Shown here one piece after another: positions 9,221 to 20,665 of a stretch of 64,000 bases of DNA. The position numbers were made by a program, and so were the translations under genes. Each line of letters starts with the position of its first letter. Positions within the stretch are counted from its first letter, which is position 1. The DNA is from an uncultured archaeon (GTDB lineage Archaea; EX4484-52; JAADEF01). Where the stretch lies: contig CAYOWP010000004.1 of NCBI GenBank assembly GCA_964407715.1, forward strand, positions 18,355 through 82,354, read 5' to 3'. The notes beneath the pieces were generated by a model. It was not told the origin of the DNA and did no database searches. It saw only the letters and a program-made list of their open reading frames with translations.

Positions 9221-11598
9221 GAAAAAGAAAATTTTTGTTGTGTAGTGTGGTGGTATTCTTACTTTTGATATCTCTTAAAAATGTTTATGCTCAAATTGAA
9301 GTTATTAGTTATGATAAGTATGTTATCTTTTCTGATGAGGAATTAAAAACAGTAAGTGTAAGCTTTGCATGTCAAAAAGATAATGCTTCTGTAACTGATG
9401 CAATTGCAAAATATGATAATTTCGGGTTTGTAAAAGCCACTTATAATGGAGCATACTATACAGCAAACCTTCAGATATTCAATATGCTAGGTCTTTATGG
9501 TAATAAGACGATAACTATTTCATGTATCTATTCTGATTCAACAACAGAAACCAAGTATATACATATTATAGTAGATAAAATATATTTAGAAATTAAGGAA
9601 CCAACATTCTCTGACCCAGTTGAGGTATATAATGGAGAATATGTTACCTCATTAAAAGTTATGCTCAGTTCTTATTATCTTAATACTGATCCCTATTCAT
9701 TACAAAATCTAAGAGTTGTGCTAAAATCGTCTGAGAGCACATATACTATAGAAAGTCCTTTAATATCATACAATGGGAATGAGATGAACATAATATTTTA
9801 TGTTCCATATGATATAAAAGAAGGATTATATGATATCTATGTTAAAGCAGCATACTCGTACTATGGAACAAATTTACAATTAGAATCCAAATCACCAAGA
9901 AGTTTAAATGTACGCTCACCTATAAAGATAGAAATGCTTTCTCCTTCCAAAGGAAGTACAATAAAGCTGGATACATCAAAAAGAATTTCTATATCCTTTA
10001 AAGTATATGAAAAAGATGAAGAATTAATTGATCTCAGTGATACCAACTTCAAATTTAAACTTGGAGATAAGGAATTAGAATATGAGGTAAAATATGATGA
10101 GCAAAATGCAAGATATGTTGCAACAGTATATTTAGTGAAAGGTAATGATGGTAACAAAACACAAGATACTTTATTCATTTTCATTAAAGATTATAAAGAT
10201 TATCCTGAACTTAAATTCCCTATTTTGAATGTGGAGTATGTTGTATCACTTAAAGGATCAACATTAATAAAAGGAGGTAAGATTATAAATGCGAAATTTA
10301 TACTTGAAGGAAACAATAAAGTATATGAGTTTTCCACAGATAATAAAGGTAATTATAATATTCTTGTGCCAAAAGGAACATATAATGTAACATTAATATT
10401 AAATAATATAGACAAAATTATATTTTATGATGTTGAAATAGATAATACCTTAGACTCTTTTATAAAGATAGATTATCCTTCAATATCTAATGATAAATTC
10501 AGAATTATAAAATCTCTTGTGGTTGAGATATCTTCTCCATATTCATATGCAAAATCAGAGATTTATTATGATGACACTAAAATAGTTGATGAAAGAAACA
10601 TTATTGCATTATATTGTGATTATTGGAATTTTGGTTTACAGAAATGTAATGGTGATTTAAAGAAATATGATTATAATATAAATATAATATCTAATAGGAT
10701 ATATCTTGACAAATTTGAAGGTAATGTCATTATCTCAGAAAAAAAGAGGCTCTATATCACATTAGATGTGGAAAAAAAAGATTATTATGTAGGTGATGAA
10801 ATAAAAGTCACAGGATATATAAAGGATTTTGATGGCAATCCACAAAGTGGTATCGAGATAAAATATAAGATAAAAGGAACAGATATAGAAGGAGATGTGA
10901 ATACAGATGAAAATGGCAAGTTTGAGATATCTTTCATTGCGCCTAATATAAATAGAAGATATGAGAAAAAGGAATTAGTAGTGTTCATTCCATCTTCAGA
11001 AGTTAAGGCAGAAAATAAAAGCATAGTGTTTAACATTGAAAAAAGAGTACGATTAGTTGGTTATGTTGAAGAAATAGTAGATGTGTACAAAGGAGTAGAA
11101 ACAGAGATACCTATAACAATATCAAATGAGGGAGATCTTGATTTAACAGATATAGAGATAAGATTGGCAGGTATCAAAGAGGATTGGTATACTTTCACAC
11201 CTTCCTTTATCGAAACTTTAAAAGCAGGAGACAAAGTCAAAGTTAGATTAAGAGTAAAAATTACATGTGGTAATGAATGTAAAGATTATTACTTTGTTAA
11301 TATGCGCATAAAAAGCAAAGAAGCAACAGAGGATGTAAGTTTTACATTGAGGGTATTGGATAAAGCCAACACCACTGCTACGCTATCAAGTAAGCAAACT
11401 CAGGAAAAAAGCATATTTTCAGGAATCTCAGATGCCATAACAGGAAAAATAACAAGCATAAATATAAATAGCAGCAATGTCAATTATTATATAATCATTG
11501 CATTTTTCATAGCAGCATTTATAATAATAACCATAAAGAAAAGGTCGCGCAGAAGATCAAGGATAAGCAGAGCAATTATAATAAAAAAGAATTTTTAA
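9217..11598 (+). CDS. Large secreted, C-terminally anchored surface protein with Ig-like/CARDB-type domains
   Basis: Signal peptide; beta-rich; TDENGKFE and ISNEGDLDL motifs; C-terminal TM followed by basic tail. Confidence 0.75.
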   Translation: MRKRKFLLCSVVVFLLLISLKNVYAQIEVISYDKYVIFSDEELKTVSVSFACQKDNASVTDAIAKYDNFGFVKATYNGAYYTANLQIFNMLGLYGNKTITISCIYSDSTTETKYIHIIVDKIYLEIKEPTFSDPVEVYNGEYVTSLKVMLSSYYLNTDPYSLQNLRVVLKSSESTYTIESPLISYNGNEMNIIFYVPYDIKEGLYDIYVKAAYSYYGTNLQLESKSPRSLNVRSPIKIEMLSPSKGSTIKLDTSKRISISFKVYEKDEELIDLSDTNFKFKLGDKELEYEVKYDEQNARYVATVYLVKGNDGNKTQDTLFIFIKDYKDYPELKFPILNVEYVVSLKGSTLIKGGKIINAKFILEGNNKVYEFSTDNKGNYNILVPKGTYNVTLILNNIDKIIFYDVEIDNTLDSFIKIDYPSISNDKFRIIKSLVVEISSPYSYAKSEIYYDDTKIVDERNIIALYCDYWNFGLQKCNGDLKKYDYNINIISNRIYLDKFEGNVIISEKKRLYITLDVEKKDYYVGDEIKVTGYIKDFDGNPQSGIEIKYKIKGTDIEGDVNTDENGKFEISFIAPNINRRYEKKELVVFIPSSEVKAENKSIVFNIEKRVRLVGYVEEIVDVYKGVETEIPITISNEGDLDLTDIEIRLAGIKEDWYTFTPSFIETLKAGDKVKVRLRVKITCGNECKDYYFVNMRIKSKEATEDVSFTLRVLDKANTTATLSSKQTQEKSIFSGISDAITGKITSININSSNVNYYIIIAFFIAAFIIITIKKRSRRRSRISRAIIIKKNF

Positions 11599-11610
11599 AA
11601 GTGATGTCAT

Positions 11611-14600
11611 ATGAGAACATGGAAAATCATGTTTTTGTTATTGTTTTCCCTTTATTTTATTGTATCTGAAATACATGCTTATAAAATTTATTTTGAAGTT
11701 CAAACATATGATAGGAAATATAACTTCTCAGATAAAGTAGTCCTTGATGACTCAATAAATAACAAAATTTATTTTTATTTAAGGCAAGATGATGGAGAAG
11801 ACAATATAACAAATATAACATTTTATCTTCCTGGAGATGTTACCTTCACAGGTAAAAATGATACTTCTCTTGGTGATGCAGCAGATTTTGGTGTAAATTC
11901 TTCCAATCAATCAATTGGGCAGTGGAATATAACAGATAGCACCCAACTAAAAAATAGTTTTGGAAGTTTTTGGATGGAGGTTAATGTTCCTATAGATAAG
12001 GAAAAGGAATATACTTTCCAATTAAATATCACATATAAAAATAAAAGCGGGATCTTACGTAATTTCACATTGTGGGTTGATACTCTTTCTCCAAGGGATG
12101 TCAAAATAACAAAGGAAAATGATTATGAGTATTATAATATATCTGAAAACTTGATAGTGGAAGTCTCTTCCTATGATGCTTTATGGAACAAAACTATTCT
12201 TGCTGTAGTGTTTAAGAACTCAACAAATTATCCTTATTTACCTGAGAACACTACCTATTTCATATATGAAAATTCACATATAGAAAACTTTACATATGAG
12301 GTTCCAAGTAAGATAATTATCCTTAAGGATATCATAAATGGCACTACGTATAATGTTCTTGTTAAAAAAATAGAGACATCATCAAACACATATTATATCA
12401 TGTTAGGTAATTTCACTAATACCATAAATAATGAATGGTTTAATGGAGGTTTTGTGTATGATAAAGAAAATATCTCTCAATTTCTTTATATTATTAATTT
12501 TGACAAAGATCTTCTTATTAATAAAAGCGGAATATACTATGTGAATGGCACTTCATTGCTTTTGGATTCTCACCAATTTGATTATCTCAATGTTAATCTA
12601 AGTTATGGTTTTGTCAATTTAAGTGGATTGCAAATAGCATATAGTAATCTATCTTTTAATGTCTCATATGTTATTGAAAATACAACTCTTGTATTTAAAC
12701 CTCTTTATGATGGAAATTACTCTGTATTTGTAGAGGTTTGGGATTTGTTCTCAAACACTTCCTCAGAAATATCATATGAAATAAATAACTCGCCTTTAGT
12801 GTCACCACCTACAGTATCTTTGGATATAGTTAACGGAACTAGGATTTTGGTAAATAAACCATTTCATTTTACTTTTACATTGGATGATGAGGCTCAAAAT
12901 TCATCATGCTCCTTATATCTCAATAATAGTTTAGAAGATTCCATATCTAATATAGGATCAGGAAAATATTCCCTTTCCTCTACACCAACACAAGCGAAAT
13001 ATTATGTGGTTAATATCACATGCATAAATGACTTTAAATTAAAAGGCGCTGATTTTAGAGAAATCTATGTTGAGGACAAACCAGATCTCAACTTGTCTTT
13101 AGTATCAATTTCACCATCTGCATATGGATTAAATGATGAGATAAATATCTCATATAATATAAGCAATTTGGGCTCCTCAAATGCAAATCAAGTTAATATC
13201 ACATTCAAAGTATGCTCTGATTCCTCATGTACAAATATCTTACACGAAAAGTATACAGAAATCAATACGCTTTCCGCAGATGAGTATAAGATAGATTGGT
13301 TCAATTATACCATAAAGGATTCCTCTACTCTCTATATAAAAATGGATGCTTATTCCAATGATACTGATTTTGATTATTCAAATCAAAACCTATCTCTTAT
13401 TTTATCTCCAACAATTTCTATAAGTTATGCTGTATCAGAATCAACAGAGGATTTAAAACCTGGAAGTGATCTAACTATTTATGTAAATGTAGTTCACTAT
13501 GATGGAACATATATCAGCGAGCTTAATGAAAATAACTTCACTATTTATGATTATTGGCATTATATAGGGAAGTATAGAAATAAAACCAAAAATTTATATC
13601 TCATCAATAATTTTGGTAATGGGACATATAAATTTGCTTATACCTTGCCTAATATTTCCTCTAATGAGAAGTATTATGAGTTCGGTGCACATAAATTAAT
13701 CTTAGAAGTTAGAACAAATAAATATAAGAAAATCAATACAACTGAATTGAACTATGATATACAGGCTCCATTTGTTGAGCTTTATTTCAGTGATGTCCCT
13801 TCTAGTATGAAAGAAGGTGATAAAAAGACAGCATATATCAAAGCCAAAAACCTTGGAGATATGACGATTAACACAATTAAAATAACAATAAAAACATCCT
13901 CAACCTCAAAACTCACATTTAACGGAGATTCCTCTTATTCCTGCAATATAACAGGATTAACTCCTGGAGATACTGAGTCATGTAGTTTTACCTTAAAGGC
14001 AGAAGATACGGGAGATGTGGAGATTTATGTAAGTTCATCTTCAAGTGATACATATTTCATCTTGGATAAGGCATACTCTAAGGATTATCCAGGTTTAGGA
14101 GGTAAAATATATTTCTATTCATATCCTGAAAAGGATATAGAAATAGAAGAAGAGCAAGAAAGTACAACACAGGAATCCTCAAGTGATGAAACAGAATCAT
14201 CAGAGGAGACAGAAGAGAATGAAGAAACATCACAAACATCTACAACAGAAGAAAGCAATAAAGTGAGTGAGATCAAAATTGAAATCCCTGAGAATGAATA
14301 TTCATTTTTAATTAATGAGTCTAAAACAATTGAAATTAAAATAAAAAATATAGGAAACAAAACCGCATCTTCCTTATCCTTAGGATTAGAGTATGATAAG
14401 GAGAACCTAAATATTACTCATGACTTCAAAAAATCCTCTTTGGATCCTGGAAAAGAATATGTATTTCATTTGAATGTCTCATCTCCTACTCAACGAGTCG
14501 GAAAATATACAATAGCTATAACAGTTGTTTATGATAGCAATAAAGTAGCGGATGGGACATTAACCATTACTCTTTTACCTACAGAAAAAAAGAAAAAAGA

Positions 14601-15009
14601 GATAGAAGATATGTTAGAAAATATGAAATCTGAGATTGAAGAGTTGGATGTGCCAGAGGATATGAAAGCAGTATATGATCAAACAAAAAGATTTATTGAA
14701 GAAGCAGAGAATAAGATAAAAAATGGAGATTATGTATCCGCATATGCTTTATTAGAAAAAGCTCAAAAGAACATAAATGCAATAAAAATGTCTGCAACTT
14801 CAAAGGGAAAAAGCAAATGGTGGATATGGGTAATAGTAATACTTATTATATTGGGAATCATAGGAGGAGTGGCTTATTATTTGCTTACACCTCCAACATC
14901 AACATATCATCCTGAAAAAGGATATTCATTCAATCCAAAGGTATATGAGGAACAGAGAGCAAATTATATAAAGAGATTAAAAGAATCCCTTCAAAGAAAA
15001 TTGAGTTAG
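11611..15009 (+). CDS. Large surface glycoprotein (CARDB-like domains, acidic Ser/Thr linker, C-terminal TM)
   Basis: Signal peptide; many N-x-S/T sequons; PDLNLS..ISNLG; EEEQESTTQESSSDETESS linker; TM WWIWVIVILIILG. Confidence 0.78.
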   Translation: MRTWKIMFLLLFSLYFIVSEIHAYKIYFEVQTYDRKYNFSDKVVLDDSINNKIYFYLRQDDGEDNITNITFYLPGDVTFTGKNDTSLGDAADFGVNSSNQSIGQWNITDSTQLKNSFGSFWMEVNVPIDKEKEYTFQLNITYKNKSGILRNFTLWVDTLSPRDVKITKENDYEYYNISENLIVEVSSYDALWNKTILAVVFKNSTNYPYLPENTTYFIYENSHIENFTYEVPSKIIILKDIINGTTYNVLVKKIETSSNTYYIMLGNFTNTINNEWFNGGFVYDKENISQFLYIINFDKDLLINKSGIYYVNGTSLLLDSHQFDYLNVNLSYGFVNLSGLQIAYSNLSFNVSYVIENTTLVFKPLYDGNYSVFVEVWDLFSNTSSEISYEINNSPLVSPPTVSLDIVNGTRILVNKPFHFTFTLDDEAQNSSCSLYLNNSLEDSISNIGSGKYSLSSTPTQAKYYVVNITCINDFKLKGADFREIYVEDKPDLNLSLVSISPSAYGLNDEINISYNISNLGSSNANQVNITFKVCSDSSCTNILHEKYTEINTLSADEYKIDWFNYTIKDSSTLYIKMDAYSNDTDFDYSNQNLSLILSPTISISYAVSESTEDLKPGSDLTIYVNVVHYDGTYISELNENNFTIYDYWHYIGKYRNKTKNLYLINNFGNGTYKFAYTLPNISSNEKYYEFGAHKLILEVRTNKYKKINTTELNYDIQAPFVELYFSDVPSSMKEGDKKTAYIKAKNLGDMTINTIKITIKTSSTSKLTFNGDSSYSCNITGLTPGDTESCSFTLKAEDTGDVEIYVSSSSSDTYFILDKAYSKDYPGLGGKIYFYSYPEKDIEIEEEQESTTQESSSDETESSEETEENEETSQTSTTEESNKVSEIKIEIPENEYSFLINESKTIEIKIKNIGNKTASSLSLGLEYDKENLNITHDFKKSSLDPGKEYVFHLNVSSPTQRVGKYTIAITVVYDSNKVADGTLTITLLPTEKKKKEIEDMLENMKSEIEELDVPEDMKAVYDQTKRFIEEAENKIKNGDYVSAYALLEKAQKNINAIKMSATSKGKSKWWIWVIVILIILGIIGGVAYYLLTPPTSTYHPEKGYSFNPKVYEEQRANYIKRLKESLQRKLS

Positions 15010-15028
15010 AATATAGGGAGATGAAACC

Positions 15029-15937
15029 ATGATAGAATATATTCTTTATATTATTGGGATATTCCTATCAACACTTGCTCTATATTTCACAGGCATTTTA
15101 AATGTTGATTTTTATGATATTTCTTCTCTTCTTTTTATTTATAAATATGTTGATTTAAAGATGGTATTGGCATTTGTCTTAATCTATGGATTATCGCTAT
15201 CTTTTCTTTATTGGATAAAAATAAAAAATGAGAATCCAAAACTTATGTTCTTAGCAAGTTTTGTTTCTTCTTTTCCATTTTTGATGCTTTCTTATTTTGT
15301 TTTTGATATTGGATGGTTTATATTGCTTATTGTGTGTACATTGGGCATATCATATATCATTAATATGAATGTATTACGTGAAGAAAAAATATATAAAGTT
15401 ATACCTTATGACAAACTCTCAGTTAAATTATTTAAGAATGTTTTATCTTTATTTTTTATTATTTTTGCTTTATTCCTTGCATTTACATCATCATCAAGGG
15501 ATAATTCTATATACATAAATAATCTAACATATCACATTGGAAAGATAAATCTAACAGATATAACCAATTTAGAGAACAAAATTATATCTCTTCAAAGAAA
15601 TTATGCTATAAACATAGCAAATGCAACCACTTTCATATTAATGAATGAAATATTTAATGATAACTCGCTCTCATATAACACCAAGGTCCAGTGTTTAAGA
15701 GCAATAGACTCAAATCGAGAAAATGTGTTAGATAAGATTGATAGAGAAATATCAAGGAATGCTTCAAACAATATTGGGCAATTTGAAGATATCTCTGGGG
15801 TTGTTGAGATATCAATAAAAGCATATCCTATCATAATAGGACTTTATGTATATGTGTTATTGGGTTTCACTTTCTTTTTTATATCTTTTGCCTCTCAGGT
15901 ATTAGTTAAAATATATAAGTTAGTATATCATAAATAA
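15029..15937 (+). CDS. Hypothetical polytopic membrane protein
   Basis: Several hydrophobic segments; in operon. Confidence 0.65.
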   Translation: MIEYILYIIGIFLSTLALYFTGILNVDFYDISSLLFIYKYVDLKMVLAFVLIYGLSLSFLYWIKIKNENPKLMFLASFVSSFPFLMLSYFVFDIGWFILLIVCTLGISYIINMNVLREEKIYKVIPYDKLSVKLFKNVLSLFFIIFALFLAFTSSSRDNSIYINNLTYHIGKINLTDITNLENKIISLQRNYAINIANATTFILMNEIFNDNSLSYNTKVQCLRAIDSNRENVLDKIDREISRNASNNIGQFEDISGVVEISIKAYPIIIGLYVYVLLGFTFFFISFASQVLVKIYKLVYHK

Positions 15938-15943
15938 AAGTAT

Positions 15944-16435
15944 ATGATGCCCTCAACAGAATGTTTAAGTGATGAAGAAAAGATATCCTATTATCTAAGC
16001 CACGTAAAAAAACCTGTGTTATTATTTATTGGATTTCCTTTTTCAGAGATAAAAAAATTTGAATCTCATGCAAAGGTAATATATCTCATTGGAGATTTAA
16101 AAGAGAAAAAATCTTGCAAAAAAATAAGTGCATTTTCCTCTATGGATGATTTTATCAATAATTTTACATCTCTTGATGCAAAGATAACACATATATTTGC
16201 TTATTATATTGGATGGGATCAAATAAAAAACCAACTTCCTCCAAAATTTACTCTTAATAACTCAAAACTCTATCTCTTTATAAAAGTGCCATTTGAGAAA
16301 TGGAAATCTTTTATTGATAAGGATAGATATTTGATTGAGAATACCTTAAGTGATTATAACCTCAAATTTGATGATATTATCTCATCAAATAAAGAAAATT
16401 ATTTTTATGGTGTTTTTGCAAAGGTGAAAGGATGA
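15944..16435 (+). CDS. Hypothetical protein
   Basis: Tightly coupled ORF, overlapping stop/start with next gene. Confidence 0.55.
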   Translation: MMPSTECLSDEEKISYYLSHVKKPVLLFIGFPFSEIKKFESHAKVIYLIGDLKEKKSCKKISAFSSMDDFINNFTSLDAKITHIFAYYIGWDQIKNQLPPKFTLNNSKLYLFIKVPFEKWKSFIDKDRYLIENTLSDYNLKFDDIISSNKENYFYGVFAKVKG

Positions 16436-17112
16436 ACTTTAAAGGAATGTCTCCTTTATTATCTGGAGTGCTTTACATGACAATCATAGTTACAGGTATT
16501 TTGATAGTGATGGCATCCATTTATCCAAAAATAATGGATTTAAAGGAATACTCAAAAATAACAAATACAATAAAATGTGCTAGGAACATGGATTATGCTT
16601 TGTCTCTTTTAGAAAAATCATCTCTTAGAGGAGAACAGGAAATAGAATGTAAAATAAAAAATGCAAAGTTGTCAATTAAAAATGACACTATGCTTTTTAT
16701 ATTTCCACATATTGATTATTTATCTCTTGACATATTCAAAAATGAAGAATATACGTTAAATGAAGGTGTTTATGTCTATGATAATGGAAGTTATTTTCTT
16801 ATGGGAAACAAATACTTAGAAGTTAATTTTTCAAAGATATATGCCAATAACATGATAAATATCTCGCAAATTATAAATAACATATATTATAAAAAGACTT
16901 CTAAAAATATTGATGGCTCCTCTTTATATTTCATATTAAATGATGATCCCTCTATAAGCATAGGTAGAGGATATACGATAGCTGAGCGCTCTGGAGCATA
17001 TCTAAAATATGGAAAAATAATTGCTCATGTGGAAAATGATAACGCTAAATATAATTTAACCTTTATTCTATATCCCTCGGCAGATTATATTATTATCTCT
17101 GTGGAGAGTTAA
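16432..17112 (+). CDS. Archaeal type IV pilin-like protein (class III signal peptide)
   Basis: MNFKG|MSPLLSGVLYMTIIVTGILIV: K-G cleavage site then hydrophobic helix with xSP motif. Confidence 0.7.
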   Translation: MNFKGMSPLLSGVLYMTIIVTGILIVMASIYPKIMDLKEYSKITNTIKCARNMDYALSLLEKSSLRGEQEIECKIKNAKLSIKNDTMLFIFPHIDYLSLDIFKNEEYTLNEGVYVYDNGSYFLMGNKYLEVNFSKIYANNMINISQIINNIYYKKTSKNIDGSSLYFILNDDPSISIGRGYTIAERSGAYLKYGKIIAHVENDNAKYNLTFILYPSADYIIISVES

Positions 17113-17147
17113 AAGTATATATTTAACAAATATCTAATAAAATATTT

Positions 17148-18368
17148 ATGATGTTAAAAAGAAAAGGAACAGAATCTTTTTTTTATGTGTTGTTAGCAGG
17201 TTTGGGAATTTTTATACTGATAGCTATAATCTCATTAAGTATTGATTATGTGGAAGTAGAGCATCCAGAGGAAGAGATTCCATATCTCCTTAATAAAAAA
17301 GGCATAGCCGATACAATCAAAGAGAACAAGATATATTATTTTGATAAGTTTCTATTTAAATCCTTAGGTAATGTAGAGGAGAATAAAAGGACAATTTATA
17401 TTGGAGATAAAAACATAGGAAATGTCCTGGCATATGGTGTAGTTAGAGAGAAACCCAAAATAGAGATATATAATGGATTGTTTGGTAAGAAAAATGAAAT
17501 AATTTATTTTAGCACATATAATGCAAAAAAGGTTAGAATCTCTTTTGTTGTTAACAGAACAAACAGATATGGAAGATTGATCCTAAAATTTAATGGAAAA
17601 GAAATATTCAGGAACCTAACATATGAAGGAGAGAGAATATTGGTTGAGATTGAAAAAGGAATAAAAAATAAAAATGTTTTGGAAATTATGTGTGAATCAT
17701 CTCTACCAAAAATATGGGCTCCAACAAAGTATGAGATAACAAACTTAAGAATTGAAGCATTGGATTATATATCAAAGGATGCTTACATAGAATTTGAGAT
17801 TCTTCCAGAAGAATATCAAGGATTACGCTATGTTGAAATCAAATTTAATGTATTGGATACAAATGAATATGCTCCTCTCTCTTTTATAGTAAATGGAAAA
17901 AAGGTATTTGAGGATGTATTTGATGCTGGTGCAGAGCCATATAGAGTATGGTTATATAGAAAGGACAATCTTAAACCAGGAATAAATGTTCTAAGAATGG
18001 AAACATATAACTCATCATATTATGACCTCCTAAATGTAGAGATTAACATATATTATATAGGAAATGCACATGTATATGTGGATGAGAGTAATTTCAATAT
18101 AAATCCTGATGATTATGAGTTTATAGAAAAGAATAAGGATATTTTAGAGGGAGTTATCGAAATCAACACAAGAAGCATAAATCTTGATAAGGGCATAGTT
18201 TTCTATATTAATGGTGCTCGATACACTATCAGCAACTTAAGGAGTTATGCATCAAATTATCTCACATTTGATGTTGATCTCCTTAGAAAAGGTGTAAATT
18301 ATCTGAGATGGGAAACACAAGGAAATTATGAGATAAAAGATATCAAGATAGGAGTTAGGAAAAAGTGA
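17148..18368 (+). CDS. Class III signal-peptide protein with repeated beta-sandwich domains
   Basis: KRKG|TESFFYVLLAGLGIFILIAII; three repeats ending in (G/K)xNxLx(I/M/W). Confidence 0.65.
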   Translation: MMLKRKGTESFFYVLLAGLGIFILIAIISLSIDYVEVEHPEEEIPYLLNKKGIADTIKENKIYYFDKFLFKSLGNVEENKRTIYIGDKNIGNVLAYGVVREKPKIEIYNGLFGKKNEIIYFSTYNAKKVRISFVVNRTNRYGRLILKFNGKEIFRNLTYEGERILVEIEKGIKNKNVLEIMCESSLPKIWAPTKYEITNLRIEALDYISKDAYIEFEILPEEYQGLRYVEIKFNVLDTNEYAPLSFIVNGKKVFEDVFDAGAEPYRVWLYRKDNLKPGINVLRMETYNSSYYDLLNVEINIYYIGNAHVYVDESNFNINPDDYEFIEKNKDILEGVIEINTRSINLDKGIVFYINGARYTISNLRSYASNYLTFDVDLLRKGVNYLRWETQGNYEIKDIKIGVRKK

Positions 18369-18374
18369 TATGCT

Positions 18375-18794
18375 ATGAGTGAAAAAAAACTTACATGTCC
18401 TGTTGAAGGATGCAACAATGAAGTATATCTTGAGATGATAGATGGTGAATTATATTGGATTGATAAGATGAATCCATTACAACATAGAGGTAAAGTAATG
18501 GAATTACCTTCTCCAAAAAGGGAGCTTTTTTTGGGATATGCATATGAAAAGGGAATATTAAAAAAGGATAGCGAAAAAAAAGATCAAATAATACAATACA
18601 CAACTCAGAATATGAAAGTCCCCGTGGATAGCAAACAACACATCCCATATGATGCAGCGCTACTTTTTCTTATAGGCATCATATATATAATCTTCTCCTT
18701 TATGCCATTTAATGAGTTTTCAAGCTCTCTTTTATATTTATTAGGTGGTTTCTTTATGATATTAGGCATTGTGGAGTATTTTTCACTTTATTAG
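18375..18794 (+). CDS. Hypothetical protein with CPxxGC motif and two C-terminal TMs
   Basis: CPVEGC; two hydrophobic helices. Confidence 0.6.
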   Translation: MSEKKLTCPVEGCNNEVYLEMIDGELYWIDKMNPLQHRGKVMELPSPKRELFLGYAYEKGILKKDSEKKDQIIQYTTQNMKVPVDSKQHIPYDAALLFLIGIIYIIFSFMPFNEFSSSLLYLLGGFFMILGIVEYFSLY

Positions 18795-18802
18795 ATTAAA
18801 GT

Positions 18803-20650
18803 TTGGTGAATAGCATGATTAACATACTTTTTATAACCACGCTTTTTTTGGGATGGATGCTAAAATATATTGGATATGATACTCATTATTTTGTACTTTT
18901 AATCTTGTTCATAATTGCTTATGGTATATTCTATATAGGTATAAAAGAAAACAAACAAAAAAGATTTTTGGTTTATGTTTTGTCTTCAAGTTTTATAATT
19001 GTTGTGTTGTGGGTATTGGAGTACTTTGAAATCTTATCTCTATCTATATATGACTCGCTCTTGTTATCTTTTTCTATATATTTGGCTGGAAGTATTGTTT
19101 CAAAACAAAAAAATGAGATAATAACAATTTTTTTAACAATCATTTTCATAGGTGCTTTTATCTTTTATGTGCCAAACATATCCTTGGCAGAGATATATGG
19201 GGGAGATTTAACACATCTTGATAACACCTTACAGAAGCTCCCTTTTATTGAAAGGGTAAAGGAAGGTTACAACATATTGATTCAGAGCTTAAAAAATATG
19301 ACATATTATGAGGATCTTGATTATCCTTCTGGTGCATCTAAGGAAAAGGAAAAAATAAGAGAATCTGTGAAAAAAGAGATAGATGATATTGTACATCTTG
19401 ATATTTCCCCTTCCTCAATATCTCAAAAAGGAGATACGAAAAGCATTGTCTCGCTCTCTGCAAATAATCTCTTAAAAGATAGATATGCGAGAAATGTATA
19501 TGTTGGTATGGATGTTGGAAGTGAGGGAAGAATGTATGGTCTTGATGTGAATAGTGAAGAAGGATTCTGCTATGAAAATAATAAGAATTGCTATAGTGCA
19601 ATAGACACAATACCTCCACAAGGATTTGCACCTGCTCTATTCGAGATCATGCTTCCCCCATGTAAGAATGATTTTAATGCAGAAATTTATACAAAATATA
19701 TCACTACAGCAATTGGTGAAAAGGTAATATTTGTAGATAAGGGAGAATATAGAGATACTATATCATCAGAAGGTCCATTAACATTGGATATTGAACTTCT
19801 TCCAAAGAGACTTACATATCCAGGAGAGGGAGACATGAAATTCATTATCAATATCTACTCATTGCTTAATAGCAATCAGTTTGAGAATCAACATGCATAT
19901 TACAAATATTTATTTCTTTCTATTCCAAAAGAGATAAATCTTGAAAGGGATTCAACATATTGTCCTTATCAAAAATATAGAGAGGAAGGAGGAAATACAA
20001 TATATCTTTTTGAAATCAGAGATGAACTTCAATGCTTTGATAAAAATACTATTGGAGTGTTAACATGTAAAGCACAAATACCTGAAGAGAGGGTTGATGA
20101 GTTTATAAAAGGATATAAGACATTTAGAGTTTATGTACCATATATATTTTATGGATCTTTTCCTTATAAAATAGAAACAATAAGTGATAAAGAATGTGAG
20201 AATGTCTTTAAGAAAAACACATTTGGATTGAGTGATGTAGAGTTTTTAAATAAAAGAGGATATTTAATCTCCTTCAGAAAAACATATAATGAAAAGGAAA
20301 CAATAAACTTAGAAGATTTAGTAAGCGAGATGATAGATTTTTGTCATAATATCTTTGAAGGATCTTTTTCTGATCATGAATGTGCTTATGTTGTATTAAA
20401 AGGATATAAAGGAAAATTAAACATAGATTCATCAAGGTTCTCAAAGAGTTCAAAAGATAAGGATAAAGTTGTGTTACAAAAAGATAGTTCCTTAGATGAT
20501 ATCTTATCTAACTTGGAAAAGATATATGGAAATGAAATGGAAAAAGATGTGGAAATAATAAACAATTATGATGGTGAAGGAGATCTAAGTATAGATGTAA
20601 AATATAAATTTGATTGTAGAGGTGGTAAAATAGTGGTTATCTTTGAATGA
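18803..20650 (+). CDS. Membrane protein with N-terminal TMs and a large Cys-containing extracellular domain
   Basis: About five TMs, then ~480 aa soluble region with paired Cys. Confidence 0.65.
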   Translation: MVNSMINILFITTLFLGWMLKYIGYDTHYFVLLILFIIAYGIFYIGIKENKQKRFLVYVLSSSFIIVVLWVLEYFEILSLSIYDSLLLSFSIYLAGSIVSKQKNEIITIFLTIIFIGAFIFYVPNISLAEIYGGDLTHLDNTLQKLPFIERVKEGYNILIQSLKNMTYYEDLDYPSGASKEKEKIRESVKKEIDDIVHLDISPSSISQKGDTKSIVSLSANNLLKDRYARNVYVGMDVGSEGRMYGLDVNSEEGFCYENNKNCYSAIDTIPPQGFAPALFEIMLPPCKNDFNAEIYTKYITTAIGEKVIFVDKGEYRDTISSEGPLTLDIELLPKRLTYPGEGDMKFIINIYSLLNSNQFENQHAYYKYLFLSIPKEINLERDSTYCPYQKYREEGGNTIYLFEIRDELQCFDKNTIGVLTCKAQIPEERVDEFIKGYKTFRVYVPYIFYGSFPYKIETISDKECENVFKKNTFGLSDVEFLNKRGYLISFRKTYNEKETINLEDLVSEMIDFCHNIFEGSFSDHECAYVVLKGYKGKLNIDSSRFSKSSKDKDKVVLQKDSSLDDILSNLEKIYGNEMEKDVEIINNYDGEGDLSIDVKYKFDCRGGKIVVIFE

Positions 20651-20665
20651 ATTTGGAGGTGAGTT

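Noticed and set aside
14140-14270. Low-complexity GAA/ACA-rich tract as a DNA repeat
   Set aside because: It encodes the Glu/Ser/Thr linker of the surface protein.
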